Shown: piece by piece, positions 53,568 through 63,259 of the stretch | How positions within the stretch are numbered: the stretch's first letter is position 1 | How the letters are laid out: every line of letters starts with the position of its first letter | Assembly: GCA_963777645.1 (NCBI GenBank) | Contig: CAVZRA010000004.1 | Location: 288,060 to 352,059 of the forward strand | Reading direction: 5' to 3' | DNA from: an uncultured bacterium | Lineage (GTDB): Bacteria; Actinomycetota; Acidimicrobiia; Spongiisociales; UBA5794 | Length of the DNA stretch: 64,000 bases | Translations under genes and position numbers: made by a program | Notes under the pieces: model-generated | What the model was told of the DNA's origin: nothing | Seen by the model: only the letters and a program-made list of their open reading frames with translations | Database searches by the model: none

Positions 53568-55370
53568 TCAGTCGGCCGCGGCCAGTGTGATCACCGTGTC
53601 TCCCGGTCCAATGTCACGCACCGGGTCACGATTGCTGCCTGTCATCACGTTCACCCGCCCATTTGCCTTGACCACGAACAAGATCGCCAGAGTCTCGGGA
53701 GATGCCAGTTGCTCACGGGCGATGCCGGGCTCACTGCCGATCTTGATCCGGCGCACCTCACCGCCTGCTTCGAGCAGGTCATAGAGCGACTGGTAGTTCC
53801 AAGCGTCACCGAACAGTTGGCGACCCCCGAGCTCGCTTGCCGGGTGCGACTCGATGCCGGCCGCGGTGCGCCGCGGCGGCAGCTGGTAAGTCTCGGCACC
53901 CCCGAAGGTGTTGGCAAACCTGTTGGTGGCCAGTGTGTTCACGTCATCATTCGGGGTGAGCGCGAGCAGACGCCCGATCCCGGCCAGATCCAGGTCGAGA
54001 TCAACATCGCGGGCGAGCACGTTCCCGTAGTAGGCGCGCCGACCGGCCATCCGGGCCTCGTAATGATCTTGCCGGTTCGTTGTGGCAAGCACAACAGCAA
54101 CCCCGGAGTCGGCGAGGGCGTCCGCCAGTGACCGCTCCACCCGGCCGGCACCGAGAACCAGCGCACCCTCTTGATGCTTCTCGGCGAGACCCAGCTTGCG
54201 GGCAAGTGGCCCCATCCCGATCCCATAGATGAGCACGGTTCCGACGATGACGGCAAATACCAAGGGAGTGAGCGCCTCGGCTCCGGGGACGCCCTCGTGC
54301 TCGAGCTCTAGAGCGAAGACCGAGGCTACCGATGCAGCGACGATCCCCCGGGGTGCCACCCCGGCGAGCAGGACGCGTTCCCGCCACGTCAGGCGTGACT
54401 TCAGGGTTGAGAGCGCCACCGCAGCGGGTCGGGCGATGAGCACCAGTGCCAGGATCAGCACAATCGCAGCGGGCAGGTCGACGCGCAGTTGGTCCGCGCT
54501 GAGCCGGGCGCTGAGCACGATGAACAGGACACCGATGAGCAACACCCTGATCACCTCGGAGAAGTGGATGATTTGCTCGGTCCTGAGCTGTCTCTGGTTG
54601 GTGAGGATGAAACCGAGCGTCGTGGTGGCGAGCAGCCCCGATTCGGCAGCGAGAGTGTCGGCAACCATGAACGCTAGCAACGCAAGGCTCAATCCAAACA
54701 GGGGCAGGAGATGCTCTGTGACCAGGTGACGCTGGAGGGCGATGCTGGCCCCGTACGCGATCACAGCACCGACCAGCACTCCGGAGACGGTGAATTGCAT
54801 CATGTTGCCGAGAAGACCGCCGGGGGTGGTGTCGCCGGCACCGCCCAACAGGATCACCTCGAACGTGATGACCGCGAGTAATGCACCGATCGGGTCGATG
54901 ACGATGCTCTCCCACTTTAGAATCGACGCGACCGATCGACGCGGTCTGACAACAGCCAGGAGCGGGCCGATCACAGTAGGCCCAGAGACCACCAGGATGG
55001 AGCCGGTGAGTATCACCATTTCCCTGGTCAGGTCCGTGGTCAGCGCTGCGGCTACCGCACCGACCACCCAGGTGATGAGCACACCGACCGTCACCAACAG
55101 CCACAGCACGCGCTGTTGACCCTCCATCTCCCGCAACCTGAGGCTGAGGCCTCCCTCGAAGAGGATCAGGCCGACAGCAATGGAGACGGTCGGTGCCAGC
55201 AGATCGCCGAGAAGCTCATCCGGGTTGATCCACCCCAGCACCGGCCCGATGAGGAAGCCGGTGATGAGGAGTGGGAGGATGATCGGCACGCGCATGCGTT
55301 CGCCGAGCCAGGTTACGGCGAAGGCGATAACGACTATTCCGGAGAGTTGAATGATCGAGTCGTTGAGCAT
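53568..55370 (-). CDS. Cation:proton antiporter (CPA1/CPA2) with C-terminal RCK/TrkA domains
   Basis: The N-terminal roughly 400 aa are multi-TM and Na+/H+ exchanger-like. The C-terminus ALVLGAGRVERSLADALADSGVAVVLATTN has a Rossmann-type RCK motif. Confidence 0.8.
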   Translation of the reverse strand: MLNDSIIQLSGIVVIAFAVTWLGERMRVPIILPLLITGFLIGPVLGWINPDELLGDLLAPTVSIAVGLILFEGGLSLRLREMEGQQRVLWLLVTVGVLITWVVGAVAAALTTDLTREMVILTGSILVVSGPTVIGPLLAVVRPRRSVASILKWESIVIDPIGALLAVITFEVILLGGAGDTTPGGLLGNMMQFTVSGVLVGAVIAYGASIALQRHLVTEHLLPLFGLSLALLAFMVADTLAAESGLLATTTLGFILTNQRQLRTEQIIHFSEVIRVLLIGVLFIVLSARLSADQLRVDLPAAIVLILALVLIARPAAVALSTLKSRLTWRERVLLAGVAPRGIVAASVASVFALELEHEGVPGAEALTPLVFAVIVGTVLIYGIGMGPLARKLGLAEKHQEGALVLGAGRVERSLADALADSGVAVVLATTNRQDHYEARMAGRRAYYGNVLARDVDLDLDLAGIGRLLALTPNDDVNTLATNRFANTFGGAETYQLPPRRTAAGIESHPASELGGRQLFGDAWNYQSLYDLLEAGGEVRRIKIGSEPGIAREQLASPETLAILFVVKANGRVNVMTGSNRDPVRDIGPGDTVITLAAAD

Positions 55371-55429
55371 TGTTCCTCAGCGAGCTTTGGGCGGGATTGT
55401 AGGGTGTGGCCGGTGCTTGCTCCCGACGC

Positions 55430-56245
55430 TCACCGGTTTAGTTCGGAGCGGAGCGAACGGGCCATCATCCGCTCGTATACCGAGGGAGCGATTGCATTCA
55501 GGTACCGGGTGACTCTCCCGACGTTGCCGATGACGATGTTCTGTCGCCGCCGTTCCACTGCCCATACGATGCGCTCGGCGACATCGTCGGGGCTGGCCAT
55601 CTTGCCGACCCGGGACTGGGGATGGGCGGTGATCTCACCGTCCCCGCCGATGGTGTGGTGCCGCAGATTGGTGTCGATGAACGACGGTGCCGCGATGAGA
55701 ACATCGACATAATCCGGGGAGACCTCAGTGCGCAGCGTCCCGAAGAACCCGTGCAACGCGTGCTTCGATGCGGCGTACCCGGTACGGCCCAGCAGCGGGG
55801 CATACCCGGCGGTTGAGCTGATGACAACGATGGTGCCACGCTGTTCGAGCAGCGTCGGGAGCGCCGCCTTGGTGCAGTTGACCGAACCCCAGAAGTTGAT
55901 GTCCATGACGCGATGGATCACGGTGAGGTCGGTCTCGACGAAGGCGCTGCGGTGTGACAGCCCGGCATTGTTGACGAGGATATCCACCGGACCGATTCGT
56001 ACGGCGGCGGTGGCGAGTGCGGTGGCACAGCTTTCGAAGTCGGTGACGTCGCATTCGACGGCTGTGGCCTCGCCGTGCTCGACCCGATCTGCGGCGAGCA
56101 CAGCAGCTTCATAGTCGATGTCGAGCAGGGCGACATTGCATCCGGCAAGACCGAACTCGCGACCCAACGCTGCCCCCAATCCGCCCCCGCCACCGGTGAC
56201 GACGACGTTCTTTCCGGTCAGATCCCGTTTGGTGCCTCTAGCCAT
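55430..56245 (-). CDS. SDR family oxidoreductase
   Basis: VVVTGGGGGLGAALG, NNAG and YAASKHAL catalytic motifs. Confidence 0.85.
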   Translation of the reverse strand: MARGTKRDLTGKNVVVTGGGGGLGAALGREFGLAGCNVALLDIDYEAAVLAADRVEHGEATAVECDVTDFESCATALATAAVRIGPVDILVNNAGLSHRSAFVETDLTVIHRVMDINFWGSVNCTKAALPTLLEQRGTIVVISSTAGYAPLLGRTGYAASKHALHGFFGTLRTEVSPDYVDVLIAAPSFIDTNLRHHTIGGDGEITAHPQSRVGKMASPDDVAERIVWAVERRRQNIVIGNVGRVTRYLNAIAPSVYERMMARSLRSELNR

Positions 56246-57188
56246 CCCGGCCCTTTACAAACATGGTGAAAGCCTCCACAGTCGTCTTCCGGGGTGTGTA
56301 ACCGAATTGCTCTTGCAGCCTCGTGTTGTCGAGCACAGGACGGTAGCGCAGGAAGTCGACCTGCTCCGGCCCGTATTGGGTGAGGCGAAGCCGCCGCAGC
56401 AGCCACAGCACACCACGAACCAGCGATGCAGGCAACACGACGTAGCGTTTGCCGAGTCTCCCGGCAATCTCGGCCATGGTCATGACACCATCGCCGCACA
56501 CGTTGTAGATACCGGTGAGGTCCGTTGCGATGCCACGCCGCAAAATGGCAACCATGTCCTGGTCCCAGATGAACACGAAAGGGGTTGCGGAGCCACGAAG
56601 TCCGAGGATCAGCGGCCGGTCGAATAGGTCGGTGATCTGGTTGTGGGTGGTCTCGCCGAGGATCGTGCCGGGTCGGAAGATCAGCTGTTGCAGTTCCGGG
56701 TGGTCCTGACGCCACCGGGCCAGCATTTCTTCGACCTGTCGCTTGTGATCGGAGTATGCGAATTCGACGTTGCCACGGAGGCTGTCATCCTCGACGAGCG
56801 GGACCGGATTATCGGCGTGATAGCCGTAGGCGGCACCGCTCGAGCTGACGATCACCTTGGTAACGCCGGCCCCGAGTGAGGCTTCGAGCACATTGCGGGT
56901 CCCGCCGACATCGATCGAGTGCTCCAGTTCGCGATCGGGGTTCTTGCCCGCGGTGACGACCGCAGCAAGGTGAACCACCGTGTCGACCTCGTGTCTCTCC
57001 AGAACCGAGGCGAGTGATTGGTCTCGAATATCGAAAGCCTCGTATTTGATACCGGTGAGCGGATGTTCGGGCAATCGCAAGTCTGCGGCGACGATCGTTG
57101 CCGACTCGCCGGGGTCGGCCGCCAGCGAGGCCACCAACTGCCGACCCAGATAGCCCCCGGCACCTGTGATCAATACCGACCGGCTCAT
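56238..57188 (-). CDS. NAD-dependent epimerase/dehydratase family protein
   Basis: MSRSVLITGAGGYLGRQL from the ATG at 57188, with YSDHK catalytic residues. ATGA overlap with the upstream transporter stop. Confidence 0.8.
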   Translation of the reverse strand: MSRSVLITGAGGYLGRQLVASLAADPGESATIVAADLRLPEHPLTGIKYEAFDIRDQSLASVLERHEVDTVVHLAAVVTAGKNPDRELEHSIDVGGTRNVLEASLGAGVTKVIVSSSGAAYGYHADNPVPLVEDDSLRGNVEFAYSDHKRQVEEMLARWRQDHPELQQLIFRPGTILGETTHNQITDLFDRPLILGLRGSATPFVFIWDQDMVAILRRGIATDLTGIYNVCGDGVMTMAEIAGRLGKRYVVLPASLVRGVLWLLRRLRLTQYGPEQVDFLRYRPVLDNTRLQEQFGYTPRKTTVEAFTMFVKGRDG

Positions 57189-58108
57189 GCCGTTGCGACT
57201 TCGAGTGGTCTGCGTGACCAGATCCCGGCGACGATGAGGCCGGCAATGATGTGCCAGATGCCCCACCAGGCGGCGATGATCGCCATGCCGCCGAGCCCGT
57301 CGAAGAAGTTGAACACCAGGATGAGCGCCAGCGCCGAGTTCTGTAGCCCGACCTCGATGGTGACGGCACGCACATCGCGCGGCTCCAGCCGGGCGAGACG
57401 ACCAGCCACGTTGCCGATCAGGAAGGCAGTCGCATTGTGGAGTAGGACCACGAAGACGACCAGTCCGATGTAGTCGACAAAGTACTTCCAGTTGTTCGCA
57501 AGCGCCACCGCGACGAAGGCCATGAAGACCACCACCGAGAAGGTCTTGAACGGACCACGTATCCTCTCGGCAATCCCGGGGTAACGGCGGGCGATGAGCA
57601 TGCCGACAACCAGGGGGATACCGAGGATCACGAAGATCGTCGTGAACAGGTCAAGCGGGCTGAGTGAGACCGAACGCAGGATCGGTTCCGTGTTCTTGTT
57701 GAGCGAGCCCCAGATGGACAGGTTGAGTGGCGTCATCACGATCGCCGCCGCCGTCGACACTGCGGTCATCCCCACCGAGAGCGGTGCGTTCCCGCCCGCC
57801 AGATAAGTCATCACATTGGACAGATTCCCGCCCGGGCACGAAGCCACCAGGATCATGCCGAGTGCGATCGAGGGGCGGATGTTGAGCACGAGGGTGAGCA
57901 CGAACGTGAGTGCAGGTAGGAAGATGAACTGGGCGATGAGCCCGATCGCCGGTGGCTTGGGTTTGCGCAGCAAACGGCGGAAGTCCTCGACGTCTAGGTC
58001 GAGCGCCATGCCGAGCATCATCAACCCGATGAGGATGTTGAGGATCAGTAGGCTGCCCTGGTTGAAGTTGAGCCTGGCGCTGTCGATGTTCTGTGCCAGC
58101 AGGATCAT
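57185..58108 (-). CDS. Bile acid:sodium symporter (BASS) family transporter
   Basis: From the ATG at 58108: GMALDLDVEDFRRLLRKPKP...ASCPGGNLSNVMTYLAGGN, typical BASS motifs. ATGA overlap with the TPP-enzyme stop. Confidence 0.8.
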   Translation of the reverse strand: MILLAQNIDSARLNFNQGSLLILNILIGLMMLGMALDLDVEDFRRLLRKPKPPAIGLIAQFIFLPALTFVLTLVLNIRPSIALGMILVASCPGGNLSNVMTYLAGGNAPLSVGMTAVSTAAAIVMTPLNLSIWGSLNKNTEPILRSVSLSPLDLFTTIFVILGIPLVVGMLIARRYPGIAERIRGPFKTFSVVVFMAFVAVALANNWKYFVDYIGLVVFVVLLHNATAFLIGNVAGRLARLEPRDVRAVTIEVGLQNSALALILVFNFFDGLGGMAIIAAWWGIWHIIAGLIVAGIWSRRPLEVATA

Positions 58109-59847
58109 GCGCCCGGCTCCTGATGCATCTTCTTGAAGTGGAGCAGACCCGGCGCCCACATGTGTTTGGTTGGGTCGACGTCCACGTGGATCACCGAGCA
58201 AGTGCCGCTGGCCAGGCTGCGCTCGATGGCGCCGCGTAGCTCTTCGGGGGCTGACACTCGTTCCCCGTGGGCTCCCATGGATCGTGCCAGATGGTCGTAG
58301 CCGATCTCGCCGAGATCGGAGTTGACCGTAGATCCCGGTGGCAACGACTTCCTGATGAGCATCTTCAGCGGAGCCTTGGCGATCGACTGGGTCATCTTGA
58401 CCATGCCCCATTGCCGGTCGCTGACGACGAGGTAGACGACCCGATTTCCGTTACGAACCGCGGTCTCGACCTCCTGAGGGTGCATGCCGAAGGCACCGTC
58501 GCCGATGATGCAGTACACCTGGCGGTCGGGGAAGGCTTCTGCGGCCCCGAGCGCCTGGCCGACACCTGCGCCGAGCATGCCGAAGTGTGGCGTGGCCAGC
58601 ATGGTGTTAGGTACCTTGATGGTGTGGAAGAAGTTCGCCCACACCGCCGTGTTGCCGCCGTCTGCAACGACGATTGCGTCGTCCTCGAACATCTCCTCAC
58701 AGACCACAGGCACGTGGGCGGTGATCATCGGAGCCGAGGTGTCTTCGAGCTTCTCGAGGTTCTTGGCGGCGTCCTTCTTGCGGCTCTCGATGAGACGCCT
58801 CACATGATCGCGACGCGACTGCGGTGCGTCGATGGCGGCGCTTTCGAGATGCTTGGCCAGTTGTTGGAGGAACACGCCGACGTCGCCGACGATGGCGAGG
58901 TCGACCGGTTTGTTGCGGCCGATGCTGGCTTCATCGATGTCGACCTGGATGACTTTCTGGTTTGCGGGGTCACGCCAGTTGGGCTGTCTGCCCCACCAAT
59001 CCGTCTCCCCGAGGCGAGAGCCAAGCACGAGAACGACATCAGCCGCCTGCCGGACTCCGTTGGTCGGCTCGATGGCGGTGATCGGCCACACCAACTCGGA
59101 CGTCTCAGTCATGGCGCCGCGCCCCGACCACGACGTGGTTACGGGTACGTGCAGTCGCTCGGCGACTTGTTGCAGGGCCTCGTAGGCCCTGGCGTGGATG
59201 ACGCCACCGCCGGCATGGATGATCGGCAGTGTGGCTGTGGTCAGCATGGTCACAGCTTGATCCACAAGGGCGGGATCGGGTGCGATCGGGATGATGCGGC
59301 GGGTGCGGCCGGGAGGAATCACGGCAGGCGCCCTGGTCTTGCCGTTTATGACGCTCTCGGGCACGTCGAGATGCACCACGCCGGGGCGGCCCCGATAGCA
59401 AGCACGGAGCGCACCTCGCAGCAATTCGGGGAGGCGGTCAACGGAGGGCACACTCTCGGACCATTTCGAGATTGGCCTGATGGCGGCTACCTGATCGAAG
59501 TATTGGTAGGTGCCGCCCCGGTCCGGGTAGGTGATCCCCACCCGGCGGGAGCTGGTGATGACCAGCACCCGGTTGCCCTCGGCGTTCTCGACGGTGATCC
59601 CGGGCAGGGCGTTTGCGACGCCGGGCCCGTTGGAAGCGATCGCTACACCGAGTTTCCCGGTGAGCCTTGCGTAGGCGCCTGCCATGTGCAGAGCGGTGGT
59701 CTCGTGCCGGGGGGTCACCACCGGGATGTTTCTTGCCACCAGTGCGTTCAGCAATCCGAGATAGGTTCCGTCCGGTATCCCGAATACTTTGCCGACCCCC
59801 TCTGCCGCCAGAACGTCGGCGATGACCTTGCCACCATTGTCAGCCAC
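58105..59847 (-). CDS. Thiamine pyrophosphate-dependent enzyme (acetolactate synthase/sulfoacetaldehyde acetyltransferase superfamily)
   Basis: 580 aa; the N-terminal Pyr domain has HETTALHMAGAYARLTG, and the C-terminal TPP-binding motif is GDGAFGMHPQEVETAVRNG. Confidence 0.8.
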   Translation of the reverse strand: MADNGGKVIADVLAAEGVGKVFGIPDGTYLGLLNALVARNIPVVTPRHETTALHMAGAYARLTGKLGVAIASNGPGVANALPGITVENAEGNRVLVITSSRRVGITYPDRGGTYQYFDQVAAIRPISKWSESVPSVDRLPELLRGALRACYRGRPGVVHLDVPESVINGKTRAPAVIPPGRTRRIIPIAPDPALVDQAVTMLTTATLPIIHAGGGVIHARAYEALQQVAERLHVPVTTSWSGRGAMTETSELVWPITAIEPTNGVRQAADVVLVLGSRLGETDWWGRQPNWRDPANQKVIQVDIDEASIGRNKPVDLAIVGDVGVFLQQLAKHLESAAIDAPQSRRDHVRRLIESRKKDAAKNLEKLEDTSAPMITAHVPVVCEEMFEDDAIVVADGGNTAVWANFFHTIKVPNTMLATPHFGMLGAGVGQALGAAEAFPDRQVYCIIGDGAFGMHPQEVETAVRNGNRVVYLVVSDRQWGMVKMTQSIAKAPLKMLIRKSLPPGSTVNSDLGEIGYDHLARSMGAHGERVSAPEELRGAIERSLASGTCSVIHVDVDPTKHMWAPGLLHFKKMHQEPGA

Positions 59848-60027
59848 AGGACCTCCTCTCCCGGCAAGGACTGTAATGCGAAGGGCGCTCCCGTGTCCTG
59901 GTCGGTAGAGTTGCCCGGGGCGAACCAGATCGATGGTCTTCTCATCTCTCCAGCTGAAGCCGCTGCCCTTCTCGGTGATGCCGCTACCTCAGACCTGTCC
60001 ACGGCCGGCTGTCGCGCGGCTGTCTTG

Positions 60028-60213
60028 ATGGGGAGAGGGACGCCCACGGTGTTTGCGAAGTACTCCCACTATGACCGGGTCGAGTTCGAGCCGTGCGCCG
60101 AGCATGCGGCCAAGACGGCGCTGGCATACTCCCACCGCGGCGGCGCCTGGGAGGAAGTCACCTACCCGTGCCAGAGCCAGGCTTGGATCAAGCCCGTTCC
60201 TCGAGTCCGCTGA
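60028..60213 (+). CDS. Possible small hypothetical protein (61 aa)
   Basis: The tail of a long shadow ORF lies in true intergenic space and has GC-rich third positions: MGRGTPTVFAKYSHYDRVEFEPCAEHAAKTALAYSHRGGAWEEVTYPCQSQAWIKPVPRVR. An upstream TTG at 59911 is an alternative start. Confidence 0.25.
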   Translation: MGRGTPTVFAKYSHYDRVEFEPCAEHAAKTALAYSHRGGAWEEVTYPCQSQAWIKPVPRVR

Positions 60214-60223
60214 CGAGCCCCAA

Positions 60224-60768
60224 ATGCGGCAAACGCTCTTGCTCGGTCTTGTGTGGGGCCTCTTCTGCGGGGTCGCGAACTCGTGGCCGGTCGGATCGAA
60301 ACTGGCGCAGATGGCGGTTCCATGGATCTGGGTCGCAGTGTTCGTCGGCTGCCGATTTGCATGCTCCGTCCGCAATGGTGCTCGTCTGGGTGCAGTTGCC
60401 CTGGCGATGGCAAACCTCGGCTACTTCACAGTCGGCGTTGTCAGCAGGGCCCTGCAGGGTATGGCTCCCTCGGAGGGTTCCGGTTCTTTTTGCTGTGGAC
60501 GGGCGTCGGCCTTGTGGCTGGCCCGATGTTCAGCATGGCCGGACGTTGGCTCGGTGGAGACAGGGCTGTCGCCGCAATCGCTGTTGTTGTCGTCGTCACC
60601 CTGGCTGAACCTGTGGCGCTCTGGGCCCAAATCCGGAACAAGGATTCAGGCCCTCTGAGTGAGGACGGGTCGGCGCAGGGCACGCCTACCGGAGATCCAC
60701 CGGATAGATCGGGTTGTCCAGCTGTCTCTTCCGATGGGTCGCCGCCAACCAGCCGGCTGCACCCGTGA
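60224..60768 (+). pseudogene. Hypothetical multi-TM membrane protein with an apparent 1-nt frameshift near 60475; 3' end uncertain
   Basis: The frame from the ATG at 60224 (MRQTLLLGLVWGLFCGV...GMAPSE) loses its hydrophobic character, while another frame continues with GFRFFLLWTGVGLVAGPMFSMAGRWLGG...AIAVVVVVTLAEPVALW. Confidence 0.4.
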
Positions 60769-61189
60769 GGACTGCTGGAATCAGCACCAGCGGGCCCTGT
60801 GGTGACAACATGCCGATTACGACCGCGACGTATGAGAACACCACCATCAGCAGGACACCGGTTGCGAGGAAGAACAGAATCCCGAGGGTGATTCCCCGCT
60901 TGATGGCTCGTTGGTTGCCGATCGGTGCTCTCCAGCCGTACCGCCGACGATGCACGAGCCACGCCGCCACGGGCGCCACCAGAGCCGCAACTGCGCCGAT
61001 CATGGGCCAGTCGCCGAAGACACGAACAGGTGTGAGAAACACTGTCAAGATAGCGGCCAGCGTGAGCTGGGTGAGGAAGTAGCTTCGAACGAAGTCGCTC
61101 CCGAACCTGCGCCACCACCGGAATACCCGAAGGGTGGCTCGGTCGAGCAGCGACGCATCGGTTCCGAGGGTCCAGTTGTCTGTAGTCAT
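60686..61189 (-). CDS. Hypothetical membrane protein (four predicted TM segments)
   Basis: 167 aa; ATGA overlap with the upstream anti-sigma-like gene; no family recognised. Confidence 0.5.
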   Translation of the reverse strand: MTTDNWTLGTDASLLDRATLRVFRWWRRFGSDFVRSYFLTQLTLAAILTVFLTPVRVFGDWPMIGAVAALVAPVAAWLVHRRRYGWRAPIGNQRAIKRGITLGILFFLATGVLLMVVFSYVAVVIGMLSPQGPLVLIPAVLTGAAGWLAATHRKRQLDNPIYPVDLR

Positions 61190-61785
61190 GGGCTGACGAG
61201 CCTTTCAATGGTGACGAAGCCGGTGAAGCCGTCGTCGCTGTTCAATTCGCCACCCTCGTCGAGGATGGATTGTGGGATCGGTAGGACAAAGACCTCGATC
61301 ACCGCACCGAATGGGTCGGCGGCAGGATCGAGGGGAATCCACATTGCGGTGCTGGTGCGTTCGCTGCGGATTCCGATCGATGGGACAGAGATCGGCTGTT
61401 GGTTCATGGTCGATCCCTGGCGGATCTCGCGGATTTCGATGTCGGTCTCGGGTCCAGGGCTACCGGTGTCGACAAAGAGCAGACGAGCTGCGCTCTCGGT
61501 CGGTGAGATAGCGACCTCGGTGACTGTCACCTGAATCGATCCGATGAGTGTTGTTCCCGTCGCGGGAAGGAACTCGACCGCCGTATCGCTCACGATTCCC
61601 GGCGTTTGCGCGTCTACCTGCCGACTGGTTGCTAGGGCGACAAAGGTCAGCCCGGCCACGACGATTGTGATGACGGTGATGACGGTGAGAGCCCGGTATC
61701 GGAACAGCCGCAGAGACGCGAGCAGGGCGTCGCGGGGCGGTGACTCGAGAGGCAATCCCTCCAACGCGTCAATTGGGTCAGTCAT
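61186..61785 (-). CDS. Single-pass membrane protein in the anti-sigma factor position
   Basis: A short cytoplasmic N-terminus, one TM (ALTVITVITIVVAGLTFVALA) and an extracytoplasmic domain; ATGA overlap with the ECF sigma stop. Confidence 0.5.
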   Translation of the reverse strand: MTDPIDALEGLPLESPPRDALLASLRLFRYRALTVITVITIVVAGLTFVALATSRQVDAQTPGIVSDTAVEFLPATGTTLIGSIQVTVTEVAISPTESAARLLFVDTGSPGPETDIEIREIRQGSTMNQQPISVPSIGIRSERTSTAMWIPLDPAADPFGAVIEVFVLPIPQSILDEGGELNSDDGFTGFVTIERLVSP

Positions 61786-62248
61786 CTTTCACCCCACAGC
61801 TCTCTAGATGCTGCCGCCGCTCTCGAGACCCGTTGCCGGGTCGCCGCATCACTGATGCCGAGCAGGGTCGCAATGTCTTTGGTCGGTAAGCCTTCGACGT
61901 GATGGAGCACGAGCAGTTCTCGCTCGTCCAACGGCATCCGACGCAACGCATCGGCGACGGCGGCTGTGTCGTCGTTGTCATCGCGGTGGATCCCGTCCAG
62001 ATCAGCTCCGAGCTCGGGTGCCCGGTACGACGTCCGCAGCCACTCGCGATGGATGTTGCGGGCGATGCCAAGCAGCCATGTCCGATAGCTGGATTCGAAC
62101 CGGAATCGGTCGGCGCCGACGAGCGCACGTACAAAGGTGTCTTGGGTGAGATCGGCGGCGTCCGCCGGCTGTCTTCCCATTCGTCTGAAATAGGTGAACA
62201 CAGCCGTCTCGTGCTGCCGTAGCTCTCTTGTGAGTTGGTCTTCCCCAT
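61782..62248 (-). pseudogene. ECF sigma factor; the N-terminus apparently needs a 1-nt frame correction near 62225
   Basis: Regions 2 and 4 are clear (DLTQDTFVRAL...WLLGIARN...LDERELLVLHHVEGLPTKDIATLLGISDAATRQRVSRA). Region 2.1 (ELRQHETAVFTYFRR) has no in-frame ATG, GTG or TTG start. The ATG at 62248 is one frame off. The intact-ORF alternative starts at the GTG at 62201. Confidence 0.6.
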
Positions 62249-62329
62249 CAGCTGTTTAGTGGCGCGCCGAAAGCGAGTTGTGACAGAGATTTTCCGACTG
62301 CAGTTTTGAACGATCGACGGTAAATGGAC

Positions 62330-63217
62330 TCAGTCCCTCGTGACCTCCAGGCCCGCCATCTCTTCGAGGGCTTTGACCAGGGCGTGGTTGCCTTCGCCGC
62401 CGAGACCGCGGCGCTGCAGCGCCCGGTACATCTGAAAGACCAGGCTGGTTGCGGGTAGTGGCACCGCCAGTTCGTCGGCCGACTCGAGGACGAGACGGAG
62501 ATCCTTCTGCTGGAGGTCGATGGTGAACCCGGGCCGCCAGTCCCGGTCGACGATCTGTGGTCCCCGGTTGGCCAGCATCCACGACCCTGCGCCACCGCCT
62601 TTGACCGCTTCGATGGTTGCGTCGAGGTCGAGCCCGCCGGCCTTGGCCAGCAACAACGCCTCGGAGACGGCGAGACCGTTGATCACGACCAGCACCTGGT
62701 TGACCTGTTTGACCATCTGCCCGGCACCGACCGGTCCGACGTGGGTGATGCTGGTCCCGTATGCCTCCATGAAGGGCCTGGCCCGCTCGACATCGGTGGG
62801 ATCACCCCCGACCATGATTGCCAGTGTTCCGCGCTCGGCACCCTCGCTGCCGCCGCTCACCGGTGCGTCCACCCAGGAGGCGCCCACCTCACGAACCGCC
62901 TCCGCCAACCGTCTTGTTGCAGAGGCGCTGATCGTCGAATGGTCGACCACCAGTTTCCCGGCGCCGAGACCTTCCAGCAGCCCCCCGTCGGCGAAGGTCA
63001 CCTCCTCGACGTCCGGGGTGTCGGAGACACAGAGCATGATGATGTCGCATGAGGCGGCAAGCTCGGCCGGAGTGGCCGCGACGGCGGCTCCGGCGGCGGC
63101 GAGAGGTTCAGTGCGCTCCGGGGTGCGGTTCCAGACTGTTACGTCGAAGCCCGCCTCGAGCAGGTTGGCTGCCATTCCTCGACCCATGATGCCCATGCCG
63201 GCATACCCGATCTTCAT
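62330..63217 (-). CDS. NAD(P)-dependent 3-hydroxyisobutyrate/beta-hydroxyacid dehydrogenase family oxidoreductase
   Basis: MKIGYAGMGIMGRGMAANL Rossmann motif from the ATG at 63217 (SD GAGGTG), plus GAGQMVKQVNQ. Confidence 0.85.
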   Translation of the reverse strand: MKIGYAGMGIMGRGMAANLLEAGFDVTVWNRTPERTEPLAAAGAAVAATPAELAASCDIIMLCVSDTPDVEEVTFADGGLLEGLGAGKLVVDHSTISASATRRLAEAVREVGASWVDAPVSGGSEGAERGTLAIMVGGDPTDVERARPFMEAYGTSITHVGPVGAGQMVKQVNQVLVVINGLAVSEALLLAKAGGLDLDATIEAVKGGGAGSWMLANRGPQIVDRDWRPGFTIDLQQKDLRLVLESADELAVPLPATSLVFQMYRALQRRGLGGEGNHALVKALEEMAGLEVTRD

Positions 63218-63259
63218 TTTGCACCTCATTCGCTCGTTGCCGGCAAACTAGCGCGTTGC

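Noticed and set aside
58267-60213. 648-aa plus-strand ORF, and similar long ORFs at 43920-45212 (-), 54001-55104 (-), 20387-21280 (-), 8740-9705 (-) and 17820-18779 (+).
   Set aside because: These are shadow ORFs on the opposite strand or in alternate frames of clearly homologous genes, as is typical of high-GC DNA. Their translations are Arg/Pro/Gly-rich with no recognisable motifs.
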